A DNA stretch of 64,000 nucleotides from an uncultured delta proteobacterium (GTDB taxonomy: Bacteria > Desulfobacterota > Binatia > UBA9968), in NCBI GenBank assembly GCA_963755715.1, contig CAVWLW010000072.1:19675-83674 (forward strand), in the 5' to 3' direction. A program made the position numbers and the translations under genes. This document shows positions 50,291 to 61,620 of the stretch, in pieces (within the stretch, counting starts at the first letter, position 1; each line of letters begins with the position of its first letter). The notes under the pieces are model-generated. The model worked only from the letters and a program-made list of their open reading frames with translations, did no database searches and was not told the origin of the DNA.

Positions 50291-52233
50291 TTCGTATCGC
50301 CTCCACGCTTTGCGGATTCTCCAGCGCCGACAGATCGCCGGCGGTTTGATTTAAATAGGCGCTGCGCACGACGCGGCGCATGATTTTGGCGTTGCGCGTC
50401 TTGGGCAAGTCGTCGACAAATTTTAAAACCTCGGGCCGCAGCGGCTTGCCGAGGGCTCCAGCGACCCGCGCGCGCAATTCTTCGCGCAAGCTTTCACTCG
50501 CCGCATTGCCCGGCTTCAACACGCAGAAGCAAACCAGCGCTTCGCCTTTGAGCGGATCGGGAACTCCCACCGCCGCCGCTTCACTGACGGCGGAATGGCC
50601 GACGAGCACCGACTCGACCTCCGCGGGGCCGAGCCGCTTACCGGCGATTTTGATCGTGTCGTCGGAGCGGCCGAGAATGTACCAAAGTCCGTCTTCATCG
50701 ATGGCAGCCCAGTCGCCGTGCACCCAGATGTCCGGGAAACGGCTCCAGTAAGTTTGCTGATAGCGCTCTCGATCGTTCCAGAATCCGCGCGTCATGCCGA
50801 TCCAGGGTTTACGGACGACGAGCTCGCCGACTTGCCCGCGCACGGAAGCTCCCGACTCATCGACGACGTCGGCGGCGATGCCGGGAACCGCGCCGGAAAA
50901 TGCACAAGGCTTGAGCGGCGTCAGCACGTTGCCGCTCACGAGACCGCCGGAGGTCTCCGTGCCGCCTGAATAGTTAATGATCGGCAAACGCCCTTTACCC
51001 GCGGTCTGGAAATACCAATGCCACGGGTCGGGATTCCACGGTTCGCCGGTGGAACCGAGAATGCGCAAGCTGGAAAGATCGTGCTGCTCCACCCATCGCG
51101 CGTCGTGGCGCATGAGACTGCGAATCAGCGTCGGCGAGACCCCAAGAACGCTGGCCCGGTGATGCTCGACCAACGACCACAAGCGATCGGCTGCGGGATA
51201 ATCCAGCGCGCCGTCATAAAGCACCATGGTAGCGCCGAGCAGCGTCGTGCCGAAAACTTCCCACGGCCCCATCATCCAACCCATGTCGGTCACCCAGTAA
51301 AGGATGTCCTCCGGTCCGACGTCGAAGCCAAGCATCATGTCTTGAGCCGCTTTGATCGGAAAGCCGCAGTGGGTGTGCACGGCACCCTTGGGCCGGCCGG
51401 TGGTTCCCGAGGTATAAATGATCATCAGCGGATCTTCCGCGTCGGTGCGCTCAGTCGCCGCTTCATCGCTGTGCCGGGCGACTTCTTCATGCCACCAGCG
51501 GTCGCGCTTGGCATTCCACGGAATCGAAATCCCGAGCCGCTTAAACACCAGCGTGTGCTCGACGCCGGGCGCGGCGCTCAAAGCTTCGTCGGCGACACAT
51601 TTAAGCGCGACCGTTTGCCCACGGCGATAAAAGCCGTCGACGGTGAACAGGAATTTCGCTCCGCTGTCGCGCAATCGCTCAGCGACGGAAACTGCGCCGT
51701 AGCCGGAAAATAGCGGCAGAATGATGCCGCCGAGCTTCGCCGTCGCAAAAAGCGCCACCACGGTCTCCGGCAGCATCGGCATAAAGAGCGCGGCGACATC
51801 TCCCTTCTGCATGCCGAGGGCGCGCAATGCATTCGTCAAGCGGCAAACCTCGCGATCCAGCTCGTCATACGTAAGGACCCGGACCACGCCCTCTTCGCCT
51901 TCCCAGCGAATCGCCACGCCCTGGCCGCTCTCTGTGCCACGTCGTTTGTCCAGGCAATTGTGAACGATGTTCAGCTTGGCGCCGACGCACCAGCGCGGCC
52001 AGGCGATGCCGCGCGACAAATCGACCACGCGTTCGTAGGGTTGGTAAAATTCGATGTCGAGCTCGCGAAAGATCGCTTCCCAAAACCATTCGATATCCGC
52101 CGTCGAGCGGCTTTGCAGTTGCGCGAGAGCTGCCGATGCCGTGACGGTCCATGAATGCTTTGAGCCGGCTGCGCGCGACGATATCGGCGCTCGGCCGCCA
52201 GACAATCTCGCTGGAAGATTCAAAAACAGCCAT
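50280..52233 (-). CDS. Acyl/acetyl-CoA synthetase-like AMP-binding enzyme (frameshift near 52140)
   Basis: YTSGTTGRPKG, GGTE, GDW, GRSDD, PKTRNAKIMRR. Confidence 0.9.
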
Positions 52234-52312
52234 CGCTTTTCTTAGTGCTAAGAACGAAAATCGTCGTCAACGTTTCGTCGGAAAATTTTCCAAAGCGAAG
52301 CGAATGCTACCA

Positions 52313-52341
52313 TTGACAGGATAATGGGAGCAAGTTAATCC
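52313..52341 (+). promoter_or_regulatory. Putative sigma70 promoter
   Basis: TTGACA-N17-TAATCC. Confidence 0.4.
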
Positions 52342-52375
52342 TGCGCTGACGGTCTGCTTAATTTCGGGGGCAACC

Positions 52376-52638
52376 ATGAAACTCGTAAGCTTCGCAATCG
52401 AAACTTGGCTCGGTCCGATGCGCCGCATCGGTGCGTTGATCGACGGACGAGCAAGACGGACGGCATCGCCGATTTCACGTCCGCCTACACAAATTATTTG
52501 AAGCGGGAAACCGATGCGCCGACATCGGACGAGCTGGCGCAACTGCGCATACCTCCGGACATGATCGGCTGGCTCAGAGGTGGTCACAAATCGCGCAAAG
52601 CCGCGGAGCAGGCGGTGGCCTATATTCGCCATCGCTGA
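52376..52638 (+). pseudogene. N-terminal fragment of a probable fumarylacetoacetate hydrolase family protein
   Basis: MKLVSF...RRIGAL then (shifted) IPPDMIGWLRGG..SRKAA; catalytic domain absent. Confidence 0.5.
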
Positions 52639-52707
52639 ACGGCATGACCGGATTGCTCAAGCCGCCGGCGGATTAGCTCACTTGGCCACTCAACGAGGAA
52701 AGCGATT

Positions 52708-53835
52708 ATGGATAACAATTTTCCCGCGCTATCCCGGCGCGATTTTCTCAAACTCACAGCGAAAAGCGCGGTCGTTTCATCCGCTTTTCTAACCGGTTGC
52801 GCAACCATGGCCACGGACAACAGCAAGAAAACGGCCCGCGCCATCGATATTCATCATCACTACTTTCCTGCCGAGCTTATCAACGAGATCAAGCAGCACG
52901 GCAAATCATTGGGCATAGAATATCTGCCATCAAAGGGCGATGCACATTTGCTGAGTTTCGGTAAGGGAAATCGAACCGGCGTCGATCCTGAAATCATGGA
53001 CGTGGACAAGCGTCTTGAGGTAATGCGCGAGGGCAGGGTCGCAATCGCGACCGCCGAGTCGCAACCCAGTGCTCAAGGTTATCCGCTCGATGGAAAACAG
53101 GGCGAGGCCTGGTCGCGGCTTTACAACGAAGGCATTCATAACCTGGTCAAACGCTATCCGCAGCGCTTTGTCGGTATGGCGACGGTGCCGCTGCAGGATC
53201 CCGTGCGTGCCGCAAGCGTCCTGGAACACGCGGTTCGCGAGCTCAAATTTTCGGGCGTGACGATCGGATCGAACGTGAACGGCAAGTATTTCGATGGCAA
53301 AGACTTCGATCCGTTCTGGAAAAAGGCCGAAGAGCTGGACGTGCTGATGATCATGCATCCGGACTCCATATTGGGCAGTGACAAAATGGGCGCCTATAGT
53401 CTACGGACCGTTTGCGGCAACCCCGCCGACACGACACTGTCGGTCGGCTTTATGATTTACGGCGGAGTTTTCGACCGGTTTCCCAAACTCAAGCTCGGGC
53501 TGCTCCATGGAGGCGGTTTTTTTCCTTACCATCTCGGTCGTTTTGACCAAGGATTCAAACGGAGCGGCGGAAGAGAGCCTTTCCCCGCTTCGCAACCTCC
53601 GAGCCGTTATCTCAAGAACCTCTATTTCGACAACCTGGTCTATCGGGTAGATACCGTCGAGTATCTTAAACGCGTGGTCGGCGCAGATCATGTCCTGGTC
53701 GGAACGGATTATCCCTACACTCTGGGAGATTGGATGTCGGTGGAGAAAATCGAGCAGATGAATTGCACCGAAAGCGAGCGCGAAGCGATGCTCCACGGCA
53801 ACGCGCGGGCGCTGCTGAAATTGTCGACGATGTAA
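52708..53835 (+). CDS. Amidohydrolase_2 (ACMSD-like) with Tat signal and lipobox
   Basis: SRRDFLK, LTGC; IDIHHHY, MHP, HGGGFFPY, GTDYP. Confidence 0.88.
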   Translation: MDNNFPALSRRDFLKLTAKSAVVSSAFLTGCATMATDNSKKTARAIDIHHHYFPAELINEIKQHGKSLGIEYLPSKGDAHLLSFGKGNRTGVDPEIMDVDKRLEVMREGRVAIATAESQPSAQGYPLDGKQGEAWSRLYNEGIHNLVKRYPQRFVGMATVPLQDPVRAASVLEHAVRELKFSGVTIGSNVNGKYFDGKDFDPFWKKAEELDVLMIMHPDSILGSDKMGAYSLRTVCGNPADTTLSVGFMIYGGVFDRFPKLKLGLLHGGGFFPYHLGRFDQGFKRSGGREPFPASQPPSRYLKNLYFDNLVYRVDTVEYLKRVVGADHVLVGTDYPYTLGDWMSVEKIEQMNCTESEREAMLHGNARALLKLSTM

Positions 53836-53876
53836 GACATTAACTCGATCGTTTACCAGCTCAATGGAGGAGAACG

Positions 53877-55020
53877 ATGAAGCGCCAAACCTCAACGATG
53901 ACCCGGCGCGATTTCCTGCAGTTCGCCGGCAAGACCGCGGCCGTCTCAGCGGGAGCGTTACTAACGGGATGTGCGCAGACCGCGATGCAATCATCGACAA
54001 AAGCTGGCGGCGGTTTGCGCGCCATCGACATTCATCATCATTACATTCCGCTGGAGCTCATCGATGAGGTCAAACGCAACGGCAAAGCGCTTGGGGTCGA
54101 ATACTTTCCGCCGAAGACCGACAAAGACAACCCTTTGCAAATCCAATTTCCCAAGGGCAATCGACTCAACCCGGATCCGCGCATGGCGGAAGTCAACAAT
54201 CGCCTCGACGTTATGACCAAAGGCAACGTTGGCATCGCTACGGTCGAAGTGCACACCGCCTGCGTCGGCTACGAGCTCGACGGCAGCCGCGGCGAAACCT
54301 GGTCGAAGCTTTATAACGAAGGGATCATGAATCTAGTTAAGCGCCATCCCGACCGCTTCGTCGGCATTGCCACGGTGCCGCTGCAAGATCCGCCGCGCGC
54401 AGCGAAAGTGCTGGAGTATGCCATCCACGATCTCAAAATGTCCGGCGTGACCATCGCTTCCAACGTCGTGGGCAAATATTTTGACAGCAAAGACTTCGAC
54501 CCATTCTGGGCGAAGGCGCAGGAGCTGGACGTGCTGATGATCATGCATCCGGAATGGATCGCCGGCGGCGACAAGATGGGTGGTTACGGATTGCGCACGG
54601 TGTGCGGCAATCCGGCGGACACGACGCTTTCCGTCGGTTACATGATCTACAGCGGCGTGTTCGACCGTTTTCCCAATCTCAAGCTCGCTCTGCTCCATGG
54701 CGGCGGCTTTTTTCCCTATCACCTTGGTCAGGTTCGATAACGGCATGCGCGGCGGCACCGGTTCATCATCGATACCGGCCAAACAACCGCCGAGCAAATA
54801 TTTGAAGAATCTCTACTTCGATAACCTGGTCTACCGGGTTGAAACGGTCGAGTACCTGAAACGCATGGTCGGCGCGGAACACGTCATGGTCGGCACCGAC
54901 TACCCTTTCGATCTCGGCGACTGGATGGCGGCGGAGAAAATCCAGGCGATGAATTGCACGGACGCTGAACGCGAAGCGATGATGGATGGTAACGCGCGCA
55001 AGCTGCTAAGAATCGGTTAA
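53877..55020 (+). CDS. Amidohydrolase_2 (ACMSD-like) paralog with Tat signal and lipobox (frameshift near 54730)
   Basis: TRRDFLQ, LTGC; same catalytic motifs. Confidence 0.87.
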
Positions 55021-55055
55021 CATCTTAAGAATCTTAAACGGTTCGATGGAATCTA

Positions 55056-56846
55056 ATGTTGCGAGCAGTTAAATATGGCGGGCGCGCTATCGTTTTACTG
55101 TTTTTGCTCTGCGCTGGCGCGTTCGCGCAGGATTCGCGCGCTAACGAGACGGCTAAGACGCTGCACGACTTCTTCGCCGCCGAGTGGGATTATCAAATGG
55201 AGCAGCACCCGACTTGGGCCTCTAGCCTGGGCGACCGGCGCTGGAACGACCGGTGGAGCGATAGCAGTCTCGATGCGATTTATAAACGGCATGATCACGA
55301 TATCGCGACGTTAAGCAAACTGACGAAAATCGATCGCGCCGCGCTGTCACCGTCGGATCAGCTGAACTACGACCTGTTTAAGAAGGACTATGAAAACGAC
55401 ATCGAGGATTTTCAGTATCGCTGGTATCTGCTGCCGCTCAATCAGCTGGGCGGAGTGCACACGGTAAACCAACTCGCCGAAACGCTTCGCTTCGACACCC
55501 TCAAAGACTACGAAGACTGGCTGGCGCGGCTAAAAGCGCTCCCCGTCCGCATCGATCAAACGATTGCTCTGATGCGGATCGGAATGAAGGAGCGAATTAT
55601 TCTTCCGAAGATCGCTGTGCAACGAGTTCCAGCCCAAATCGATCATCAAATCGTCAGCGATCCGAAAGCAAGTCCTCTCTATAAACCTTTCACCAAGTTT
55701 TCATCATCCATCGCGGAATCCGATCAAGTCCGTCTCGCTAAGGCCGCGCAAGTAACGATCGCCGACACTGTGGTTCCGGCTTATCGCAAGCTAAAAGAAT
55801 TCGTCGTTAGCGACTATTTGCCGGCAGCATGGGATCAAGTCGGCATCTGGCAGCTTCCCAACGGCGCGGCGATGTACGCCTCCGCCACGCGCCACAACAC
55901 CACCACCGATCTGACACCGCAAGAGATCCACGAGATCGGCTTAAAAGAGGTCAAACGCATCCGAGCGGAGATGCAGGCCGTCATCGACAAATTGGGCTTT
56001 CGCGGTTCTTTCGCCGAGTTCGCGAAGTTTCTGCGCAGTGATCCGCAATTTTATTTCAAAAGCGAAAGTGAGTTGCTCGAAGCTTACCGCGCATTGAGCC
56101 GCCGCATCGATCCGTTGCTTGTGAAGCTTTTTCGCACGCTGCCGCGCATGCCCTACGGCATCGAACCTGTGCCGGCAAATATTGCGCCTGATAGCCCTGC
56201 CGGACTTTATCGCGGACCCGCCGCCGACGGCTCCCGCGCCGGCACATTCACCGTGAATACTTTCAAACCGGAGATTAGACCGAAGTACGAAATGATGGCT
56301 TTGTCGCTGCACGAAGGCGTGCCCGGTCATCACCTGCAGTTTGGCCTTGCTATGGAGCAACAGGGTATGCCCAACTTTCGGCGCTATGGCGGCTATACGG
56401 CATTCGCCGAAGGATGGGGGCTCTACGCCGAGTCGCTCGGTGACGAGATGGGTCTCTACGACGACCCCTATTCGAAGTTCGGACAGCTCATGTACGAAAT
56501 CTGGCGCGCCAGCCGGCTCGTCGTCGACACCGGCATGCACTATCTTCGTTGGGACCGGCAAAAAGCCATCGACTTCATGATGGAAAACACCGTGAAGCAA
56601 GAGCTGGAAGTCGCCGCTGAAATCGATCGCTATATCGTCTGGCCCGGCCAAGCCCTCGCCTATAAAATCGGCCAGCTGAAAATCTCCGAGCTTCGCGCAA
56701 AAGCCAAGCAAGCCTTGGGCGATAAATTCGATATCCGCGACTTCCACGACGAGCTGCTCAAGGATGGCGCGCTGCCGCTGGATCGGCTCGAAGCGAAGAT
56801 GGATGCGTGGATCACGAAACAAAAACCGAACAGCGCCAAGAACTAA
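55056..56846 (+). CDS. DUF885 family secreted protein
   Basis: Signal peptide; HEGVPGHHLQ, EGWGLYAE, RLVVDTGMH, PGQALAYKIG. Confidence 0.92.
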   Translation: MLRAVKYGGRAIVLLFLLCAGAFAQDSRANETAKTLHDFFAAEWDYQMEQHPTWASSLGDRRWNDRWSDSSLDAIYKRHDHDIATLSKLTKIDRAALSPSDQLNYDLFKKDYENDIEDFQYRWYLLPLNQLGGVHTVNQLAETLRFDTLKDYEDWLARLKALPVRIDQTIALMRIGMKERIILPKIAVQRVPAQIDHQIVSDPKASPLYKPFTKFSSSIAESDQVRLAKAAQVTIADTVVPAYRKLKEFVVSDYLPAAWDQVGIWQLPNGAAMYASATRHNTTTDLTPQEIHEIGLKEVKRIRAEMQAVIDKLGFRGSFAEFAKFLRSDPQFYFKSESELLEAYRALSRRIDPLLVKLFRTLPRMPYGIEPVPANIAPDSPAGLYRGPAADGSRAGTFTVNTFKPEIRPKYEMMALSLHEGVPGHHLQFGLAMEQQGMPNFRRYGGYTAFAEGWGLYAESLGDEMGLYDDPYSKFGQLMYEIWRASRLVVDTGMHYLRWDRQKAIDFMMENTVKQELEVAAEIDRYIVWPGQALAYKIGQLKISELRAKAKQALGDKFDIRDFHDELLKDGALPLDRLEAKMDAWITKQKPNSAKN

Positions 56847-56897
56847 GTACCAGGGTTGGGAGACCGGATTGCCCCACGCCCGATAAACCATCTCGTT

Positions 56898-57608
56898 ATG
56901 CCCTACGTTCACTTTGCTCGATTCTACGATCTCGTCATGGGCGACAGGTCCCAGGCGGCCAACTTTACCCGCAGCCTGATTGCGCACCACAAACCGAAGA
57001 CAAAAACTGTCCTTGAGATAGCTTGCGGTACTGGCGCTATCCTGGGTGTTCTTTCCGACACCTACGAAGTCACAGGCCTTGACCGGTCGCGACAAATGCT
57101 CGCGATCGCGCGCAAGAAACTTTCACACATCCGCTTCTATCGTCAAAACATGACAAACTTTCGCATTGCGCGGCAGTTCGATGCGATCGTCTGCGTCTTC
57201 GATTCCATCAATCATCTGCTCAGCTTTGCGGCCTGGAAGAAGGTCTTTCGCCAAGTGGCGCTACATCTTAATGACGACGGAATTTTTGTATTCGACATCA
57301 ACACCCTCGGCAAGCTCCGCCGTCTCACGAATGCCTCGGCATGGTCACGGGAGTTTGACCGCGATTTGGTCATCATCAAAGTCAATGGCGGCAGACGCGG
57401 AATATTTGAATGGGACGTTAAAATCTTTGAACATCAAAAAAGGCTTGACTACAGACTTTATCACGAAATGATCAGAGAGCTTGCGGTGCCGCATAAACGG
57501 GTTCTGACTGCATTGCGAGAGCGTTTTAAACAGTCCAAAGTGATCGACCCCGGAGGCGCGCGGCCTTCCGATCAATCGGAACGTCTCTATTTTGTGTGTA
57601 AGAAATAA
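56898..57608 (+). CDS. Class I SAM-dependent methyltransferase
   Basis: FARFYD, VLEIACGTG, FDSINHL. Confidence 0.88.
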   Translation: MPYVHFARFYDLVMGDRSQAANFTRSLIAHHKPKTKTVLEIACGTGAILGVLSDTYEVTGLDRSRQMLAIARKKLSHIRFYRQNMTNFRIARQFDAIVCVFDSINHLLSFAAWKKVFRQVALHLNDDGIFVFDINTLGKLRRLTNASAWSREFDRDLVIIKVNGGRRGIFEWDVKIFEHQKRLDYRLYHEMIRELAVPHKRVLTALRERFKQSKVIDPGGARPSDQSERLYFVCKK

Positions 57609-57619
57609 CTGAGGCAGTT

Positions 57620-59552
57620 ATGGGACTTTTGCAAACTTCTTCCTACGGCTCCTGGAAATCGCCGATCAGCGCCGAATCTGGTCGCCAGGCAGCGAAGATC
57701 GGGCTCGAACAAATTAAATTCGATGGCAACGATGTCTATTGGATCGAACGCCGCGCTCAAGAAGGCGGCAGAAAAGTCATCGTGCGGCGTTCAAGCGACG
57801 GCACGAGCGCCGATGTCACGCCGGCAGAATTCAATGCGCGCACCCGCGTGCACGAATATGGCGGCGGCGACTATGCGGTTTCAGATGGAACTCTTATCTT
57901 TTCTAATTTCACAGACCAGCGTCTTTATCGTCAAGAACGCGGCTCTGAACCGAAGCCATTGACGCCAAATTCCGCGCGGCGCTACGCCGACGGCCAGGTC
58001 GACCGGCGCAGAAATCACTTTTTGTGCGTGCGCGAAGATCATTCGACTGCAGGCGAAGCGGTCAATACGCTTGTGCGCATCGATCTTGCCGGTGGCGACG
58101 AGGGCACAATCGTCGTGTCGGGAAATGATTTTTACTCCTCGCCGCGCCTGAGCCCGGACGGCTCGCAGCTGGCTTGGCTCACCTGGAATCATCCGAACAT
58201 GCCCTGGGACGGCACCGAGCTTTGGGTCGCGCAATTAAACGAAACAGGAACTGTAATTAAGAAAGAAAAGATCGCCGGTGGCGTCGATGAATCGATCTTC
58301 CAGCCCGAATGGTCACCGGACGGCACGCTTTATTTTGTCTCGGATCGCACTGGCTGGTGGAATCTTTATCGCTGGAAAGAAAACAAAGTCGAACCGCTCT
58401 GTCCAGATGGAAGCGGAATTTGGCCAGCCTCAGTGGGTTTTCGGCGCCAGCCTCTATGGCTTTGCCTCCGCGCGACAAATCGTATGCTGCTACACAAAAG
58501 AGCGGTCGTGACTATCTCGCCACGTTGGACACCGAAACAAGAGCGCTGGACACGATCGACGTTCCCTTCACTACGATCTCTCAAGTTCGTGCCGGTGGCG
58601 GCCGCGTGCTATTCATCGGCGCGTCTTCGACTGATACGACTTCGATTGTTTCATTGGACTTGACGACGAAACGTTTTGAAGTCCTGCGACGGTCGCGAGA
58701 AACAACCGTTGACGCCGGATATATCTCCGCTCCCCGAGCCGTTGAATTTCCCACTGAAGGTGGCCTTACCGCTCATGGCAATTTCTATCCGCCGCAGAAT
58801 CGAGATTATGCCGCGCCAGAAAACGAAAAACCGCCGCTCTTGGTCATGAGTCACGGCGGGCCCACATCATCAAGCTCGGCGTCGCTCAAATACTCGATTC
58901 AATATTGGACCAGCCGAGGCATCGCCGTACTCGATGTAAATTACGGCGGCAGCTCCGGTTACGGCCGCGCCTACCGAGAACGGCTCAACGGTCAATGGGG
59001 CATCGTCGACGTCGACGATTGCGTCAACGGCGCGCGCTATCTCGCCGAGCGTGGCGAAGTCGACGGCAATCGATTGGCAATCCGTGGCGGCAGCGCCGGC
59101 GGCTACACAACACTCTGCGCGCTCACGTTCCGCGATGCTTTTAAAGCCGGCGCCAGCCACTACGGCATCAGCGATCTCGAAGCGCTGGCCAAAGACACCC
59201 ACAAGTTCGAGTCGCGCTATCTCGACCGCTTGATCGGGCCCTATCCCGAGCGGCGCGATCTCTACATCGAGCGCTCGCCGATCCACTTCACCGATCGCTT
59301 GTCTTGTCCATGATTCTCTTCCAGGGCTTGGAAGACAAAGTCGTCCCACCCAATCAAGCCGAAAAAATGGTCGAAGCCGTGCGCGCCAAGAAACTGCCGG
59401 TGGCTTATCTCACGTTCGAAGGCGAGCAGCACGGCTTCCGCAAAGCGGAAAACATCAAACGCGTGCTGGAAGCGGAGCTGTACTTCTATTCGAAAGTCTT
59501 TGGCTTTGAATTGGCTGAGCAGATAGAGTCGATACGAATCGACAATCTGTAG
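57620..59552 (+). CDS. S9 family serine peptidase (frameshifts near 58405, 58500, 59308)
   Basis: [25 protein letters not shown] nucleophile, DKVVP, EQHGF. Confidence 0.9.
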
Positions 59553-59674
59553 AGATGCAACTTCCTTCGAAGCAATCCAAGACGTTGTTCCGCTGCGTTT
59601 GACCAATCAATTCCCGGCGATCAGTTAGCGTCTCATGAAATCCAAGTGCTGATAGATATTCCTTGGTAATTAGC

Positions 59675-59682
59675 GTATATAC
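59675..59682. promoter_or_regulatory. Palindrome upstream of brnT, putative TA autoregulatory operator
   Basis: GTATATAC 5 bp before the toxin ATG. Confidence 0.4.
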
Positions 59683-59687
59683 ATTAA

Positions 59688-59969
59688 ATGTTCTCGTGGG
59701 ATGCTCGGAAGGCGATCGCCAACTTTGAAAAGCATCGGGTGTCGTTCGAGGAGGCAGCGACGATTTTTGCTGACCCGGAAGGATTGGACTGGCAAGACCT
59801 TACACATTCTAACCACGAGATCCGATACAAGCGAATTGGTTTGTCGATAGAGCAAAATGTTTTACTCGTAGTTTACACAATACGGAGGTCCCAAGATGGC
59901 AAAGAAACGATTCGCATCATCAGCGCGAGGCCGGCGAGCCGCAAAGAGCGGCAGGCTCATTCCAGATAG
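59688..59969 (+). CDS. brnT: BrnT family toxin (DUF497)
   Basis: FSWD..K..AN..KH.VSFEEA, E.RY..IG, IRIISAR.A. Confidence 0.92.
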   Translation: MFSWDARKAIANFEKHRVSFEEAATIFADPEGLDWQDLTHSNHEIRYKRIGLSIEQNVLLVVYTIRRSQDGKETIRIISARPASRKERQAHSR

Positions 59970-60193
59970 TCAGATTGATTTCTCCGATATACCGGAATCT
60001 AACGGATGAGGAACTGAAAAGAGCCCGAAGAGTCGGTCGCCCAAAGACAGGCAGGCCTCAGCGCCAACTAATTGCGATCAGGATCGACCCTGCGTTGCTG
60101 AAGAAGCTTAGAAACCTCGCCGCCAAGCGGGAGAAACCCTATCAAACTTTTATCCATGAGCTGCTTGAGCGGGCTGCAAAGACAGCAGCTTAA
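59896..60193 (+). CDS. brnA: BrnA family antitoxin (frameshift near 60000)
   Basis: GGAGG RBS, IDFSDIPE..DEEL, GRPK, IAIRID, YQT RHH-like tail. Confidence 0.85.
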
Positions 60194-60400
60194 CGGCGGC
60201 AGACCCATAGAGCCGGTGGCGATCGAAAATCTGCAGGAGAAATGTGGTGAAAGTTGTTCGACACAAGTCGGCACGCCCGCTGCACACACTCGCTCGATCC
60301 TAAGAAAACGGAATGGGAACAAGACACCTGGCCGTACCTTTTGAGAACCGAAGGCGCCAATCTTTTGCGCCACGCCACCAGCTAACGTCGGGAGCCGCGT

Positions 60401-61594
60401 ATGTACGAAGAAGCCAGACATGAAGCACTCATCGAGGAAGACTGGGACGCGGATCGCGTGGTTCGAGTCATCGATGAAATAGTCCGAGATACTCGCGAAC
60501 GATTTGATCAGCACAAGCTCTGGCCAATCCATCCTCTCGACAAATTCAGAGACAATCTAACCGAACCACTCAAAATGCTTTATTTTGGCGCGGCGGGGGT
60601 TATTTGGGCTTTGGATTACCTAAACAAGGTCGGCGCCACCGCGGTCAAAGAAGACTACTCGATGGCGCTCAACGAGCTAGCGCTAAAGAATCGTGTTGAG
60701 ATGGCGCTTTCGGAGCGAGAAACGGCGTCATATTGGATGGGCGACGTTGGCATCCTACTAGTTCACTGGCGTCTCTTTCCGACTGATGTCCTCGCTGACG
60801 CAATTCATCGAGCCGTGTTAGCAAACGTGGATAATCCAACGAGAGAATTCATGTGGGGTGCCCCGGGAACGATGCTGGCCGCTTTGTTTATGTATGAATT
60901 CACCGGGAATGGGCGCTGGAAAGAAGCCTATTTGCAAAGTGTTCGACAGCTCGTCGGCGAGCTGGAGAAGAATAGCGAGCATGACTGCTACGTCTGGACC
61001 CAGGACCTGTATGGCCGATCAAGCATCTATCTTGGAGCCGGTCATGGTCTGGCAGCTAACGTTTTTTCAATTGCAAAAGGACGTGACTTTCTTGACCAGC
61101 AAATTTTTTCTCTTGTAACATCCCGCACCGCGGAAACTCTCGTGCGCACTGCGAGTGTTGACCAAGCCTCCGCCAATTGGCCTGCTGGTTTGGGCGGCAC
61201 AAAATACCTGGTCCAACATTGTCATGGGGCGCCGGGCATGATCAATTGCCTTGCCGACTTCCCGCACGGCATAAATACCTCACTTGATCGCTTATTGATC
61301 CAGGGCGGTGAACTCACGTGGAAAGCCGGCCCGCTGATCAAGGGTTCAAATCTTTGCCACGGCACAGCTGGAAACGGCTATGCCTTTTTGAAACTCTACC
61401 AAAGAACAAAAAAGACGATGTGGCTCGAGCGGGCCCGCGCATTCGCCATGCATGCGATCAGACAATACGAGTGCCATGCGAAACAATATGGGCAACTTCG
61501 TTATTCATTGTGGACTGGCGATCTCGGCCTCGCCGTTTACTTATGGGATTGCATGCGGGGTGAAGCCAAATTTCCTACAATGGATATTTTCTAA
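60401..61594 (+). CDS. Lanthionine synthetase LanC-like protein (orphan)
   Basis: GAGHG, HCHGAPG, LCHGTAGNG zinc-ligand motifs, repeated GxxG units. Confidence 0.88.
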   Translation: MYEEARHEALIEEDWDADRVVRVIDEIVRDTRERFDQHKLWPIHPLDKFRDNLTEPLKMLYFGAAGVIWALDYLNKVGATAVKEDYSMALNELALKNRVEMALSERETASYWMGDVGILLVHWRLFPTDVLADAIHRAVLANVDNPTREFMWGAPGTMLAALFMYEFTGNGRWKEAYLQSVRQLVGELEKNSEHDCYVWTQDLYGRSSIYLGAGHGLAANVFSIAKGRDFLDQQIFSLVTSRTAETLVRTASVDQASANWPAGLGGTKYLVQHCHGAPGMINCLADFPHGINTSLDRLLIQGGELTWKAGPLIKGSNLCHGTAGNGYAFLKLYQRTKKTMWLERARAFAMHAIRQYECHAKQYGQLRYSLWTGDLGLAVYLWDCMRGEAKFPTMDIF

Positions 61595-61620
61595 ACACGG
61601 TCACGAGTAACAATTTCACG

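Noticed and set aside
60200-60400. Lanthipeptide precursor ORF upstream of the LanC-like gene (60156-60344)
   Set aside because: The ORF overlaps brnA, lacks an RBS and a leader/core layout, and no dehydratase is present
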